A stretch of 63,933 bases of DNA, the filler included, from Saprolegnia diclina VS20 (Eukaryota): the NCBI RefSeq assembly GCF_000281045.1. It is 5 parts of 2 records of this genome, joined end to end, with 100 filler letters (N's around TTAATTAATTAA, not from the genome) between each part and the next. Parts side by side here need not be neighbours in the genome. Positions count along the whole stretch, not along the records: positions 31,392 to 54,415 come from NW_008246095.1; 4 more parts are not named here. One strand, 5' to 3'. Of this stretch, positions 41,244 through 53,318 are shown piece by piece. The notes under the pieces were generated by a model, which saw only the letters and a list, made by a program, of their open reading frames with translations, made no database searches and had not been told where the DNA came from. The stretch's first letter is position 1. Each line of letters begins with the position of its first letter. Made by a program: the position numbers and the translations under genes.

Positions 41244-43034
41244 ATGAGTGCACCCCGCGCTGGCTTCATGTCGAGCTTTGACTTGACGCGCGAAGAAGAG
41301 GCCGAGCTCCACGAACATGCGCGGTCGAAAGCACCGGAGCTCATTGCGCTCGCACTGGACGAGACGAGCTACGAGTGGAAGAAGACAAAGTACGGCGTGA
41401 GCGTGACCGAAGCGACGCACGGGTCGCAGCACCTCGTGCGCAGCTCGGCGGTCGTGCACGCGCCGGCGGCCGCGCTCCTTGCGCTTCTCGAGAGCTCTGT
41501 CTTGCACGCGTACCGTAACACGCTGCGCACCATGTACCAGCAGACGTTTGCCGACGCGTCCGTGCTGTACCACAACCAGCTCAACCGGACCGAGTCGGTC
41601 GGTGTCCAGTGGCTCGCCTTTCGATGCGGCAATCCGCTCCTCTTGGACGTCGATGTATGTCTTGTTGAGTACATGCAGCACAATGCTGCGTCGGCGACGC
41701 CGCTCGACAACCAGCGAGACGGCCATGGCCTCGGCCCCGAGCACTGCCTTGGGTACAAGCTCCTCGAGTCGATTCAAACCAAGCACTGCCCGTCGCTCCT
41801 TGAGTCGCACCGGCTCGAGCGCATCGTGCTGCCCCTCGGCGGGTTCCTCCTCTTCCCGACGGCGCACGCCGACCAGACGCGCGTTGTGTTTACCGCCGGG
41901 CTCTTTCAGCCGCCCGCGGCCTTGCGCAAGACCGCAAACCGCCGGCTTTTGCTCTTGCTGGCGGCCGCGCTCCCGCGTCTTCAGCATGCCGTGAACGCCA
42001 CGCGGCTCGGCGCAGCCTTAGCGTCGCGTGTGCCGTGGGTGCCAGACGAGGCCGAGACGACGTGCAAGGTCTGCGCGCGCTTCTTCTCGCACTTGCGCCG
42101 CAAGCACCACTGCCGAGCGTGCGGCCACCTCATCTGCAAGCAGTGCTCCGTGTTTCAAGACCTCGCGCTCCCGGCGACGGGCCTCACGACGATCCGCGTC
42201 TGTGCAGCGTGCGTGACGCCTACAACGACACCGAGTCTGACAAGTGCCAAGCCGACGCCGCCGCCGCTCGTGCTCGAGCTCGAGACGCCCAAGAAGGGTG
42301 GGGTCGTCGAGCGCCGGTACTTTGGCAAGCACGGCATTCACCTCCATAGTCCGACAACGCAGAGCCCAACGCGCCGCACGTCGCCGCCGCGAAGTCCGAT
42401 CACGTTCCTCTCGACGCCGACCCGGCTCAAGACGCTTCCGTCGAGTCGGCCAGACCGCACGGCCACGCTGCAAGCGCTCTGCGACCTTGCGAGCACGACG
42501 CTCCAGTGCAAGTTTGCGGGCTTGTCGCTGCGGCACGGCGCCGTGCTCCAGCACTACCTCAAGGTCAACCAGAAAGGCAAGCTCCTCTCGGTGCCGAGCC
42601 AAATGGGCATTTGCAGCCCCGTGCTGAGCATCGGGGGCCCGCTCCTCGTGCTCGACACGCAAACCGAAGGCGGACCGATCGAGTGGGCCAAACTCCCAAT
42701 CGTGGCCGGGCCCCAGCGCGCGCGCTTCTACGCCGGCGCACCGCTCGTCGCGGCCAACGGCGATGTGCTCGGCGCCATCTGCGTCTTTGACCCGGCGCCG
42801 CGCACCTCGATTCCGCCCAACCAACTGCGCGTCATGCAAAACCTCGCCGAACTCACGCTCGCGTCGCTCGACCCCAAGCAGGTGCGCGTCGACGATGCGC
42901 GCACCGAAGACGCGAGCGACCTCGAGGCGCAGCTGTGGCAGATGTTGCTAAAAGCGCACAACACGCAGCGCCAAGTCGTCGAGCACAACCAATCCAATGA
43001 CGCCCACGCGTCACCGGCCATCCTCGGTGTCTAA
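41244..43034 (+). CDS. START-like + FYVE zinc finger + GAF domain protein (intronless)
   Basis: WVPDEAETTCKVCARFFSHLRRKHHCRACGHLICKQCS...RVCAAC (FYVE) and RFYAGAPLVAANGDVLGAICVFD (GAF). Confidence 0.9.
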   Translation: MSAPRAGFMSSFDLTREEEAELHEHARSKAPELIALALDETSYEWKKTKYGVSVTEATHGSQHLVRSSAVVHAPAAALLALLESSVLHAYRNTLRTMYQQTFADASVLYHNQLNRTESVGVQWLAFRCGNPLLLDVDVCLVEYMQHNAASATPLDNQRDGHGLGPEHCLGYKLLESIQTKHCPSLLESHRLERIVLPLGGFLLFPTAHADQTRVVFTAGLFQPPAALRKTANRRLLLLLAAALPRLQHAVNATRLGAALASRVPWVPDEAETTCKVCARFFSHLRRKHHCRACGHLICKQCSVFQDLALPATGLTTIRVCAACVTPTTTPSLTSAKPTPPPLVLELETPKKGGVVERRYFGKHGIHLHSPTTQSPTRRTSPPRSPITFLSTPTRLKTLPSSRPDRTATLQALCDLASTTLQCKFAGLSLRHGAVLQHYLKVNQKGKLLSVPSQMGICSPVLSIGGPLLVLDTQTEGGPIEWAKLPIVAGPQRARFYAGAPLVAANGDVLGAICVFDPAPRTSIPPNQLRVMQNLAELTLASLDPKQVRVDDARTEDASDLEAQLWQMLLKAHNTQRQVVEHNQSNDAHASPAILGV

Positions 43035-43375
43035 GACGATAGATCATGTATCGCAGGTTGAATCCATGTATGTATCCTTCGAGTAGTATGTTGCTGTTGA
43101 ATGGCATCTCAGTATGCATCCGGCGCAGTCATTTGTGAGCTTTTGCGTGCTTTGCAACCTATTGCGATACTTCAACATACACATTTGGGTCGAGTCTACG
43201 TCCTGCAATGGCGCGTGATCCATGCCCAGAGGCTCCCACTACAGCTGCTCTTGCGCATGGAGACTACTACACTCGTCGGTATACGGACGCAGGTAAACGC
43301 TGTGCGTACACTCGCAGGGTCCGAGCGTCGTTTTTTGTACATTATTGTCGCCTTTTCCGGGTATTTTTAATCTTG

Positions 43376-43484
43376 TGGTTTGTATGCACTTGTCGATGGC
43401 CCATCGATTCGCGTCAACGAGCGTGTGAGATTTCACCAGTTGGCAATTGCCCCGCAAGTGCGCAGGTGGGGTCATGCGTGGGCA
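43376..43484 (-). repeat. dispersed repeat copy A (diverged inverted copy at 53793-53913)
   Basis: cagttggcaattgccccgcaagtgcgcaggtggggtcatg is near-identical to the reverse complement of catgaccccgcctgcgcacctgccgggcaattgccaactg. Confidence 0.75.
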
Positions 43485-43519
43485 GCTTCCGCAAGGGTAT
43501 CGAATAGATACACCGTTGG

Positions 43520-43563
43520 CCTCAGAGCCAATCCTTTTCCCGAAGTTACGGATCTAGTTTGCC
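43520..43563 (-). pseudogene. isolated ~44-bp fragment of large-subunit (28S) rRNA
   Basis: Minus strand GGCAAACTAGATCCGTAACTTCGGGAAAAGGATTGGCTCTGAGG matches a conserved eukaryotic LSU rRNA segment recalled from memory. The flanks are not rRNA. Confidence 0.8.
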
Positions 43564-43792
43564 TCCCTCCCGCTGAGACTATCGAAGTTACACCAGACGT
43601 AAGGTCTCTACTACTTGTAGCCAGGTAGCCAAAGCCGAGTGCGGGTTGTCGCTTCTTTAGCGAGCGTGGATGGCGCGCTGTAGGTACATATAGGCAAGTA
43701 GAGTGTCAACTTGTCCAAACGAGACTGCAAGAAACTGTCATATTGAGCACAAAATGAGGTATACGCATAAATACTGCAACTGACATTGTCGA

Positions 43793-46700
43793 TCAGCTGG
43801 CGTCGATCGCGCGGCCCGTCGGCTTGCGCAGCGCCTTGATGGACGCGGACGACGGCAGCGAGAGCCGCGGGCCCTTGCCTTTCGGTGGCGTCGACGGCCC
43901 GGTTTGGTTCCCAATGTCCATTTCCGGCCGCGCTTCCCGCTTTGTCACTTGGCGACCGGCCGCGCCGAGCTCGCACTGGTTGACTTGGGTCGCGAACCGG
44001 AGCGAGCAGAGCGACTCGTCAATGCTGGCGTCCGTCGGACTTAAGTTGACCATCATGAGCGTCTTGCCGTCGCCCGAGAGCGCGGGCTGCAGCACGTACG
44101 TGAGCTTGCTGTTGCGGTACGGAATGTGGTTTTGCTTCTTGGCGATTGCGCTAAAGACGTCGGCGAGCGAGCTCAGACTCTTGTTGATCGCTTGGGCTTC
44201 CTTGAGCCGGTCGCCGGTCGCGCCCGAGCGCGAGAGCCGCTCGCTGCCCGCGAGGTCCACAAGACTGAGACTGCCGAGGAGCTCGACTTCGCTGCCGTCG
44301 TCGTCGCGCTTGCTGCCGCGTAAATGCAGCGTAAAGATCGAGTGCGACCGCGACGACTCGGCGTTCATGTCGGTCTTCTCCACCGACCGGTTGCACGCCG
44401 CACGCTCCATAATGTCCTCGATCTGGTCGAGCCCGCGGCCGTCTGTGAGCGAAATCGGGTACCGAAGAAGGCCGTCGACGTAGTTTTTGCCGTTCTTGTC
44501 GGTGCGAATCGTGTACTTTTGCACCGACTCGGCAAGGAGGTCGCGGATCGTCTCGTTGTAGATCTCCATGTACGTCACCTCGAGCGTGTACTCCCAGCCT
44601 TGGTCCAGCAGCGTCGCGCAGCAGCCCATGATCTAGCAGCATTCGTCTTATGAGCCTACAACATAACACTATGGCAAACGTACGAGGTTCATCGAGCGCG
44701 GAATGATCCCACGCATCTCGGGGCGCCGGCCGCCTTGCATCTACACGTCCACCGTCCAATCGTTATCTTGATACATTGATAGATTGTACCGTATACGTCT
44801 TGCCCGAGCCCGTTTGGCCGTACGCAAAGATGCACACGTGGTAGCCGTCGATCGCCGACTGGATAAAGTCCGAGACTTCGCCAAAGACATCGTCTTGGCC
44901 GTGCGTTTGGCCAAAAAGCTTGTCGAACGAGAAGCGCATGCTCTTGGCCGTCGACGAGATCACCGATGTCTCCTCGTCCACGACCCAGCTCGTCTTGAGC
45001 TTGGCATAGTCGCCGTCCGACGGCAAGAACGGACGCAAGCGCACGTGCACGCGGACGTTGCCTCGCAGCTCTTGGATCGTGTTGTGCATTTGACGCCGCA
45101 AAATGTTGCCTACCTCGTATAAGTATCAATGTGTCAATATGGCAGCAACAAAATCGTACCATCGTGGACTTGACGCTCGAGCTCAACGACCAGCGACGTC
45201 TGCGCCGCCAGCTGCGTCCGCGCCTCGAAAAAGTCTTCGGTGAGTTTTTTGAACTCCGAGTCGTCGACCGCCGACCGCACGACGATGGGCGCTGTGGGCG
45301 TCGCCGACGCCAGGGCCTCGCGCCGTGCGATCGCTTCGGACGTCGAGACCCGCGAGAGGACACGGTTTTCGGTCTGCAGCATGCGCATCTACGGACAATA
45401 ATGTCATTGTTGAGCAAGACCGGAGGGCGCATGCTGTACCTCTTCGCCGACCGAGTGCATCTTCTTCTCATACGCCGCCTTCATCTCTTGCAGCCGCGCT
45501 TCGCAGCCCGTTTGAACAGCCACCATTTGCGCGTACAAGGCCGTGTTGTCGGACGCGAGCTGGTCTTGGGCGAGCTGGAAGTGCTCACGGCGGGACTTTT
45601 CCTCGGCCAGTGACGCCTATGCAAGTTGATATATATATATATATATATTGCGCTACAGGGATCGAAGCGTGTACCTTGAGCGACGTGACTTGGTCGGTCC
45701 ACGCATGCCGCTCGACATCGATTTCGGCGAGCTTGGCCTCGAGGGCATGCACGGTCTCGTGGAGGCCCGCCGTGTCCTTCTCTTTGGACGCCACGACTTC
45801 GTTGGCCTTGGCGAGCTGCGACGACACGTGCACGATTTCCTCCGTCAGCCGCCGGTTCTCCTTGATCATGTCGGTCGACTTTTGCCAAAACGACTTGGCG
45901 GTCGTGTTTTCTTCGTCTTGGAGGCGCCATTTTTCCTGGAGATCGGCCAGTTCCTTCTTGACGGCCGTGTGGTCGATTTGCAGCTGCGTCCATTGCAGTT
46001 CGAGCTGCGTCCTGTCGGCCTCGAGCGCTTTGCGCTGACTCGCTTGCGTCGCGACGGTCGCCCACGCGTCGTGCGTCACTTTGGACACTTGCGCCGTGTA
46101 GTGCTCGCGGAGCTGCGCCAAGTGGAGCTCGTGCGCCTTCTCCTTCTCGAGCCACTGCGCCTGGTACTTGGCCACGATGTTTTGCGTGTTGCGCTCCATG
46201 GCCGTGCGGACAAACTCTTGCATCGACGAGTCGAGCGTCTTGATGACCGGGTCGTTCTCATCGTGCTCGAGCACCGACGGCGTCGTGGACGACAAGGAAG
46301 ACTCGGGGCCACTTGGCTCGCCGGCTTTGGGCTCATCCTGGCGCAGTGCAGCAAACGCCTGCGCGGCCTCGGCGTGGACGTTGGTCAAGTCCCGCTCGAT
46401 GGCCTGGCACGTCGATGCAAACGATTCCTTTTGCATGTGCAAGTCGCGGAGCCGGCACTTGAGCCGGCGAATGTACTTGTCCTGCGACTCGAGGCGCACC
46501 TTGGGGTCCATCGACCGCGGGACGACGGACGCGAGCGCCTCTTCGATCTCCTTCTCGGTCGTAAAGATCGACTTGTACGCATGGCGGACCGTGTTGGCGT
46601 CGTGCGAGTCGTTGCCCGAGCTTGAGAAGGCGCGCGTGAGCACGGGCGGCGACGGCAATGGCGCGGGCGTCGGTGGTGGCAGCACGGTCGGCGGTGGCGG

Positions 46701-47585
46701 CGGCTCGGTGAGCACGACGCTCGGTGGCACAAGACGCGACGGAAGACTCATGCGCGGCTGGCGCGCACTGGGGGTCTTGGCCGGCGCGGGCTCCTTGGAG
46801 AAGGCGAGGTCGACAGCAGCCGCGATCGACCCGCGCTTGGCCGCCGCCGAAGACGATGTCGACGAGGACGTTGCCGCCGTGCCTTTAGGAGATGCTTTAG
46901 TCATCGTGCGCGCACGGACAGAGGCACTACGAGGAACGGCGGATGGCAAGGACGACGGCGGCGTCGCGCGGGCCGCGGCCGCAGGTGGCGCGATGGCGGC
47001 GATGGCCGTCGGCGCGCGCAGCAGTGACGTGCGCGTCGTGCCTACAGGAAGCGACTGGCGCTGCTCACGCGACTTCGTCGAGGCTGTGGTCGAGGCTGCG
47101 GCCGCGCGCGCCGTCGTGGTGCTAGCGCGCGACCGCGACGCGTTCGTGTCCCGGACGGGAATCGCCGACGACCCGCCGCGGGCGACTGTCCCGATGCGGC
47201 TCGTGGTCTTGGTCGTTCGCTTCGGCGGGTCGGCAGCTTTGGGCGACTGCTTAAAGTCGTCGGTCGTCGACGACATGGCAAAGCTGTCGTCCGTGGCCCA
47301 CGAGATCTCCGAGTACTCGGACGTCGTATCGGAGAAGTCGAGTGGCTTGCATAGGCCCGGCTCGGCCATGCTGCGTGGAGGAGGAAGGGTTGCGGCCAGC
47401 GCGTCAGCGTCACCAATGGACGCGCGTCGGCGCAGGATCGTCGCGATCGAGACGCGGGTCGCGCCTTCCAGCAGCGCTTCGGTCATCGCCTTGTCTTCCT
47501 CGGTGCCCTGTCCTTGGCCTTGCAGCGTCGCGAGCGTCAAGTGCACTTCGCGGTCGAGGTCGTCGTCGCCGTGCCCATCCCCCAT
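43793..47585 (-). CDS. kinesin-14 (C-terminal motor, KAR3/Ncd/KIFC1-like), multi-exon
   Basis: Long N-terminal tail and coiled coil, then neck HNTIQELRGNVRV, P-loop AYGQTGSGKT, NAESSRSH, LVDLAGSER and HIPYRNSKLT. Confidence 0.95.
45628..45648. repeat. (AT)n microsatellite in a kinesin intron
   Basis: atatatatatatatatatat run. Confidence 0.85.
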
Positions 47586-48894
47586 GCTACTCGGTAGTGC
47601 GTAAGTGGTCGTCGGAAGCGGGCGAGCCAAGTGGCGTGCGATGCGTTTCTCACACGAACCACCACTGGCGAAGTGGAAGAAGGCCATTCGCCAGTACAGT
47701 GTACTCGGCACCAGCTGCTCGACCAAATACCTTGGTTTTTGTATGCTCCTTGCCCGAATTTATCCCACTGTGTCTTCTGGGCCCAATCAGCTCGAGCGCA
47801 CTTGGGTGCGTGCGAGCGGATCGAGCGCCGCGCACGCAGCAGCATTACGGTGCCATGGCCCAGACGCAGGCCGCATGCGTCGCGCTGGCGGCAGCATTAG
47901 CAGACCCCGCGGTAATCTCGGCGCCGGCGCCACAAATTTTGGAGCTTCTATGCAGTTGAAGCTGGCGATCTGGGTGGCGCCAGCCAAAGCTTCTCTGAAC
48001 TGGTGCGAACAAGCCCAACGGCGATCTGCCAGCGGTGCGAGACCCGTCATCGCGGCGAACGGGTCAGTGTAGCGGCCAGCGTGCTACACTGTACTGATAC
48101 GTGCATCAAGTCGGGCTCGCCGTGCTGTGATGGATTCCGGTACAGCGCGGCAGGTGGTGGATCTCGCCGGGAGGCGGCTGCTTGGGGGCAGACGAAGCAG
48201 ACGAAGATGGTGATGGTGACATCGTCATGGCTCCTGCTTGCACTCTGAAGTTGCACTTGGCGCTACGAATCTCAAGTCCTCTCGTATCCGGATTCGAGTA
48301 CATGTCTCCAAAGCGTCTCGATTGCAGTACAAAACATCAAGATCGTCTCAACCGTGCGCAGCAGGAATGGACGCTGGGTCGACCGGCATGGTCCACATGA
48401 GGTCATCGCCACGAGGTGGGACGCCTTGGCCGAGTGGAGTCGTACGCTTGTATATACTACAGTACGACTGTACCTGGTGTATGTGTCTTGGTTTGGTACG
48501 TTTGTTCCGACGACGTGCCCCTCAACCAGTCCACCTCTCTCGCGACGCAGCAGTGTCTGTAACCGAGCTCGACACATCGGTTCAAGCTCTCAGTGCTGGT
48601 TGCTGCCAGCTCGGCCAAGTCGATTGATGGCACCGATCGAGCTCCGAGCGGCTCCGGGCCGTACAACCTCATTTTGGCTTTGTTGTCCGCCGCCTAAGTG
48701 CAGTTCGGCGCTGGGTCGCATTCCAAGCCTTGCTGCGTCGCAGCTCACTGGCAGTCAAGGCCTCCGTCGTGACTGCACTCGTTTTGGTTGGTATCAATAT
48801 TGACCTCCCGGACAATGGTACGGCACGGTACATATATGTGGCCGACGGGCGACACTCTTGGGACTTGGCCGGCGCTTGCATTTTCCTGGCACCG

Positions 48895-50125
48895 ATGGAA
48901 GGCAACGCTGCGTGGGCGCTCGCGGGCTTGACGACGGTCGCCGCTGCCGCAGCCGGCTACTACATCGCGACGCATCATGGGCGCAAGGCGCAGCGCAGTG
49001 GCTCGACGACCGGGCCCTCGGTAAACGTCGCGCGCCCTCGCCATGGCTTGACCACACCATGTAGGGGCCCATGACGCACCTGGATTTGCACTTTGAGCAC
49101 GCCGCCGCCTACGTGGCATCGAGCAAGAAGCTCTCGAACGAAGATGTACGCCATGCAAAGCCGATATCGACGCTCATTCTTGTCGAGTAGAAGCTCGTCT
49201 TGTACGCGTTCTTCAAGCAGGCGACGACAGGTGATTGCAGTGCCCCGAAGCCGTCCGCGATCGACTTTGTCGCCAAAGCCAAATGGTGCGTCCCCTCCTT
49301 CACCGCTCGATGGTCGATACTATCCCATTCAGGGACGCTTGGACGGGGCTGCTCGGCATGAGCCGCATCGAAGCCCAGAAACGGTACATTGAAGTGGTGT
49401 CATCGAGCTGCAAAGGCTACGCGTTCGGCGTCCCGCTTGCCGACGCCGTCGGTAGCAATACGAGCGACGACGAGAGCGACGACGGTAGCAGCGGCGGCGG
49501 CTTTGCCATGGGCGGCGCCGCCAGCCAAGTTGTCGTCGACAAGTGCGTCCCCACTCGTTTCGGCTACCCCTTGTTCCAACACAAACATCTTTTAGGACAA
49601 CCAAGGAGTGGCAGGGGGTCGAGAACGCCTTCCACTATGCAAGCACGGGCAACGTCGACGAGGTGCAAGCAATCTTGGCCGCCAACGACTGCGCGATCGA
49701 CGAGCCGGTTGGACCGACGTACTGGGAACCCGCTCCAAATGAAACGACTCGGTAGGACGACGATGGCCGGACGATGCTGCATTGGGCCGTTGACCGCGCG
49801 CAGACTGACGTGGCAGCGTCGTTGCTTGCGCAGGGCGCCACCGTGAACGCGCAGGTACGCCATCTCTCCGTTGTCGCTCTGACCTGTGCGTAGGACAAGG
49901 ACGGGATGACGCCTCTGCACTACGCAGTGTTGTGCGAGCACTTGCCGCTCGTCGACCTCTTGGTAGGACGATCCCAGCGCCCATGGGATGGAGATGGTGA
50001 TGGGGCTCGGTACGGTGTAGATGGCCCACGGAGCTGATATGAACCTTGGCGACGCCGACGGCGAGTCGGCGTATGCTAGCGCATCGTCGTCGCTTCGCGC
50101 CCACCTCGATGCGCTGACCAAGTAG
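48895..50125 (+). CDS. acyl-CoA-binding domain + ankyrin repeat protein with N-terminal TM anchor, multi-exon
   Basis: N-terminal WALAGLTTVAAAAAGYYI. ACB: KLVLYAFFKQATTGDC...DFVAKAKW|DAW...GMSRIEAQKRYI. Ankyrin: DDGRTMLHWAVDR and DKDGMTPLHYA. Confidence 0.88.
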
Positions 50126-50271
50126 GTAGACTCGTGTCGTGGAAGAAGCGCTATCATGGTATTACAAGCCGCTTTTATAAGACTACGTCGACGACGGCAA
50201 GACCTAATCTACTAGTACGTCTCTTGCCGCCCGCGTCGCAGTTGCGTGGTGGGTATGGGTAGGTCGGTGTC

Positions 50272-50886
50272 TTAAAGAAACGCATCTTCGTTCTGGTCGT
50301 CAATCTCCTCGGCGTACTTGATCAAGTCTACGTGGTGCACGACCGGCTTGTTGCGGGGCGAGAGGCTGCGGAGCGACGTCATGGCACGCGCAAAGAGCTG
50401 CTCACGTTCATGCAAAACGTCCTTCGACATGATGTGCAGGCCCTTTCGAGAAAACGTCGTGTCCAAGACCAGCGGCGGCAGCGTCATCATGATCGGGTCT
50501 TCCTTGAGCGACACGCTCGGCGAGAGGAGGCGGGGCGCGACAATGACAGGCATATGGACTTCAGGCTGCTTGGCGACAGTCACGTGGAGGTCAGGCGTCG
50601 CCGTCTCCTTCTTTGTAGGTTCGTGGTGCTCAGGCAGCACCTCGGACGCGACGGTCGACTGAGCGCGCACCTGGTGCAGGCCCATCGCGCCTTGGTGCAG
50701 GAAGACGGGCAGGAAGACGAGACCCAAGCAGGCCAGGAGGTACAGCTTCCACGGCTCCATGCGCGCGAGCATGAGCGTGATGCCCGAGAGGCTGATGCAG
50801 CCGAGGATGACATGGGCGTTGGTGTGGAGGTAGGCCTGGGCGCGCAGGGCGGTCTTGGTCTCCGAGAGCTCGCGGAGCATCATCAT
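50272..50886 (-). CDS. hypothetical protein with two N-terminal transmembrane helices
   Basis: Intact 204-aa codon-biased ORF with two hydrophobic helices and a clear core promoter upstream. Confidence 0.75.
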   Translation of the reverse strand: MMMLRELSETKTALRAQAYLHTNAHVILGCISLSGITLMLARMEPWKLYLLACLGLVFLPVFLHQGAMGLHQVRAQSTVASEVLPEHHEPTKKETATPDLHVTVAKQPEVHMPVIVAPRLLSPSVSLKEDPIMMTLPPLVLDTTFSRKGLHIMSKDVLHEREQLFARAMTSLRSLSPRNKPVVHHVDLIKYAEEIDDQNEDAFL

Positions 50887-50917
50887 CGTATGTGTATCGA
50901 CGGCTTGGGCGCGGGCT

Positions 50918-50934
50918 GTAAAATGCAGAAATGT
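50918..50934 (-). promoter_or_regulatory. oomycete INR/FPR core promoter
   Basis: Minus strand ACATTTCTGCATTTTAC about 30 bp upstream of the ATG, with several CCAAT boxes at ~50994-51115. Confidence 0.6.
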
Positions 50935-52258
50935 ATTCAGACCAGTGTCCCAACCACGTCGACCCGAAATTAGCGCTGCGTTGACACATTTCATTGGTTG
51001 AAAACCTACCCATTTCAAGCATTTTAACCAATCACAGCTCGCCAAGGAGGCGCTCCCACACTTGTATAGAACGGTCTCCGTCTCTATTTTTGTCACCGAG
51101 CCGTTGGCCCAATACAATAAAATAAAGATGATTACATAAGATCACAAGATCTGGCTTGTGCGGACAAAATTTTAAAAATGCTGCAACCAGATGGAGCCGG
51201 ATACGAAGCGAACGCAGTTGCCATTACGTCACACGTTCCAAACCGCAGTGAAATTTTATTGCTCACGTTTCCCACATAGAATAACATACAAACAACAAGA
51301 CGATCAAAAACCACCCAGGCGTGGGATATAGCAGCGGCCTGGGATTGGCTGGAGCCTCCGAGGAGACATGGGTGTGGCGGCTCGTGCGCGCTCCCAGAGC
51401 GATTGGCGGCGATCGCATCATCCGGTGAACGGCCGAGAACGGACGCGGCTTCGCATGGGCCTCGCTCTGATGAATGGCCATCGGTACCGCAGTATCGGAT
51501 ACACCTCACCATGGTGTGAGCGTGCATGCATATTGCTGGACACTATTGCGCATGGTTGTCGACCATCCATACGCCACCCAGCGAAAAAGAATTTCAATTT
51601 TTGACCACAAGATCCCCTGCAATGGCGGCGCAGTCGCCGGTTCGGTCATATGCATACCGATACAAGTACCAAAATGTACAGATCCAGTACGCTAGCAAGA
51701 CGGTGTAATCATCATCGTTGGAGCCTGCAGCATCGAAGCGCTCCGTACACAGTACTCGGCGGCGACACTTTGCCGGCTGAGATGCTTCGAATAATCGAAC
51801 GATCTCACGCAGAGCAGAGACACAGCACTATCTGAGCAGGCGCTAGCGTGTACGAGCCTTTAAACTACCTGGTCTGCGCGTGGACTACGTGTAGGTCGAC
51901 GATGATACGAGAATGAGCGCAATGTGTTGGGCGATCGTCGCGCTGCCACGTCGGTTGCGCTGGCCGATCACCCCCGTGGCAAATTACGTGCGGTTGAAGT
52001 TGTCGTTTTGTCCGGATAACGCAGCCCAGACTCAGAACTCTGAGTATAGAAAACAAGTGGCTTGCGTCTTTAATGCCGTTGAAGGATTAAAAGAACAACA
52101 AATCGTGAAAAAGACACCATGGATTCATTAAAGACACATGATACACAGCATTGAAGAAGCCCCGCATCTGAGAATTTCACCAGAATATAAAATAAAATAA
52201 AAATCCGTGGACCATCTGGGCCAGCTGCAATCTGGGACCAAGATTCAATTCCATCGCG

Positions 52259-53318
52259 ATGGCAAGCAGCAGCAAGGCCAGCATGGGGCCGGCGCGGGAC
52301 CTCGTCGGGTACGGCCGCGCGGGCTGCGACCCCAAGTGGCCAGGCGGCGCCAAGCTCGCCGTCCAGTTTGTTATCAACTTTGAAGAAGGCGGCGAGAACT
52401 GCATCCTCGAAGGCGATGCAGGCTCCGAGCATCTCCTCTCCGACATCGTCGGCGCCAGCTCGTACGCTGGCGCCCGCCATATGAACATGGAGTCGCTCTA
52501 CGAGTACGGCAGTCGCGCTGGCTTTTGGCGCCTCCACCGCATCTTCACGACGCGCCAGCTTCCTTGCACGGTCTTTGCGGTCGGCCGCGCGTTGGAGCAG
52601 CACCCGGACGCCGTCGCCGCCATGGTCGACGCCCAGTGGGAAATCGCGTCGCATGGATTCCGCTGGATCGACTACCAAAACGTCGACGAGGCCACGGAGC
52701 GCCAGCACATTGCGACGACAGTGCAGACGCACGTGCGCATGACGGGCAAGCGCCCCGTGGGCCTCTACCAGGGCAAGCCCAACGTGCGCACGCGCCGCTT
52801 GGTCGTCGAAGAGGGCGGTAAGTGGATCATCTGTTGCTGTCATCGTCAGAAAGAGGAGGATGCGCTGATGGGAATGATATGCCACAGGGTTTTTGTACGA
52901 CGCTGATGCGTACAACGACGATTTGCCCTACTGGACGACCGCGTATGGCCGGCCGCACCTGATTGTGCCCTACACGCTCAACAACAACGACATGAAGTTC
53001 GTGTCGCCGGGCGGCTTTGCCAACAGCGATCAGTTCTTCGTCGCGCTCAAGGACGCCTTCGATACGCTCCTCGCCGAGGGTCGAAGTGGCGCCCCCAAGA
53101 TGATGTCGATCGGTCTCCACTGCCGCATTGTACGTAGTGCATGCTTCGATGGCTGTCATAGACGTGCGTAGGTGGGCTTGCCGGCGCGCACGGCCGGGCT
53201 CTTGCGCTTCCTCGATTACATGGAGCAGTTCCGCGACGAGATTTGGGTTTGCACTCGCGAAGCCATTGCGCTGCACTGGCACGCCCATCACGCGCCGCCC
53301 CGCAGTGCCAAGCTCTAA
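52259..53318 (+). CDS. puuE: PuuE-type allantoinase (polysaccharide deacetylase fold) with PTS1 (-AKL); introns 52818-52887 and 53130-53171
   Basis: RDLVGYG...WPGGAKLAVQFVINFEEGGE...MESLYEYGSRAGFWRL...ASHGFRWIDY...DDLPYW...PKMMSIGLHCRI|VG, ending PPRSAKL-TAA. Confidence 0.9.
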
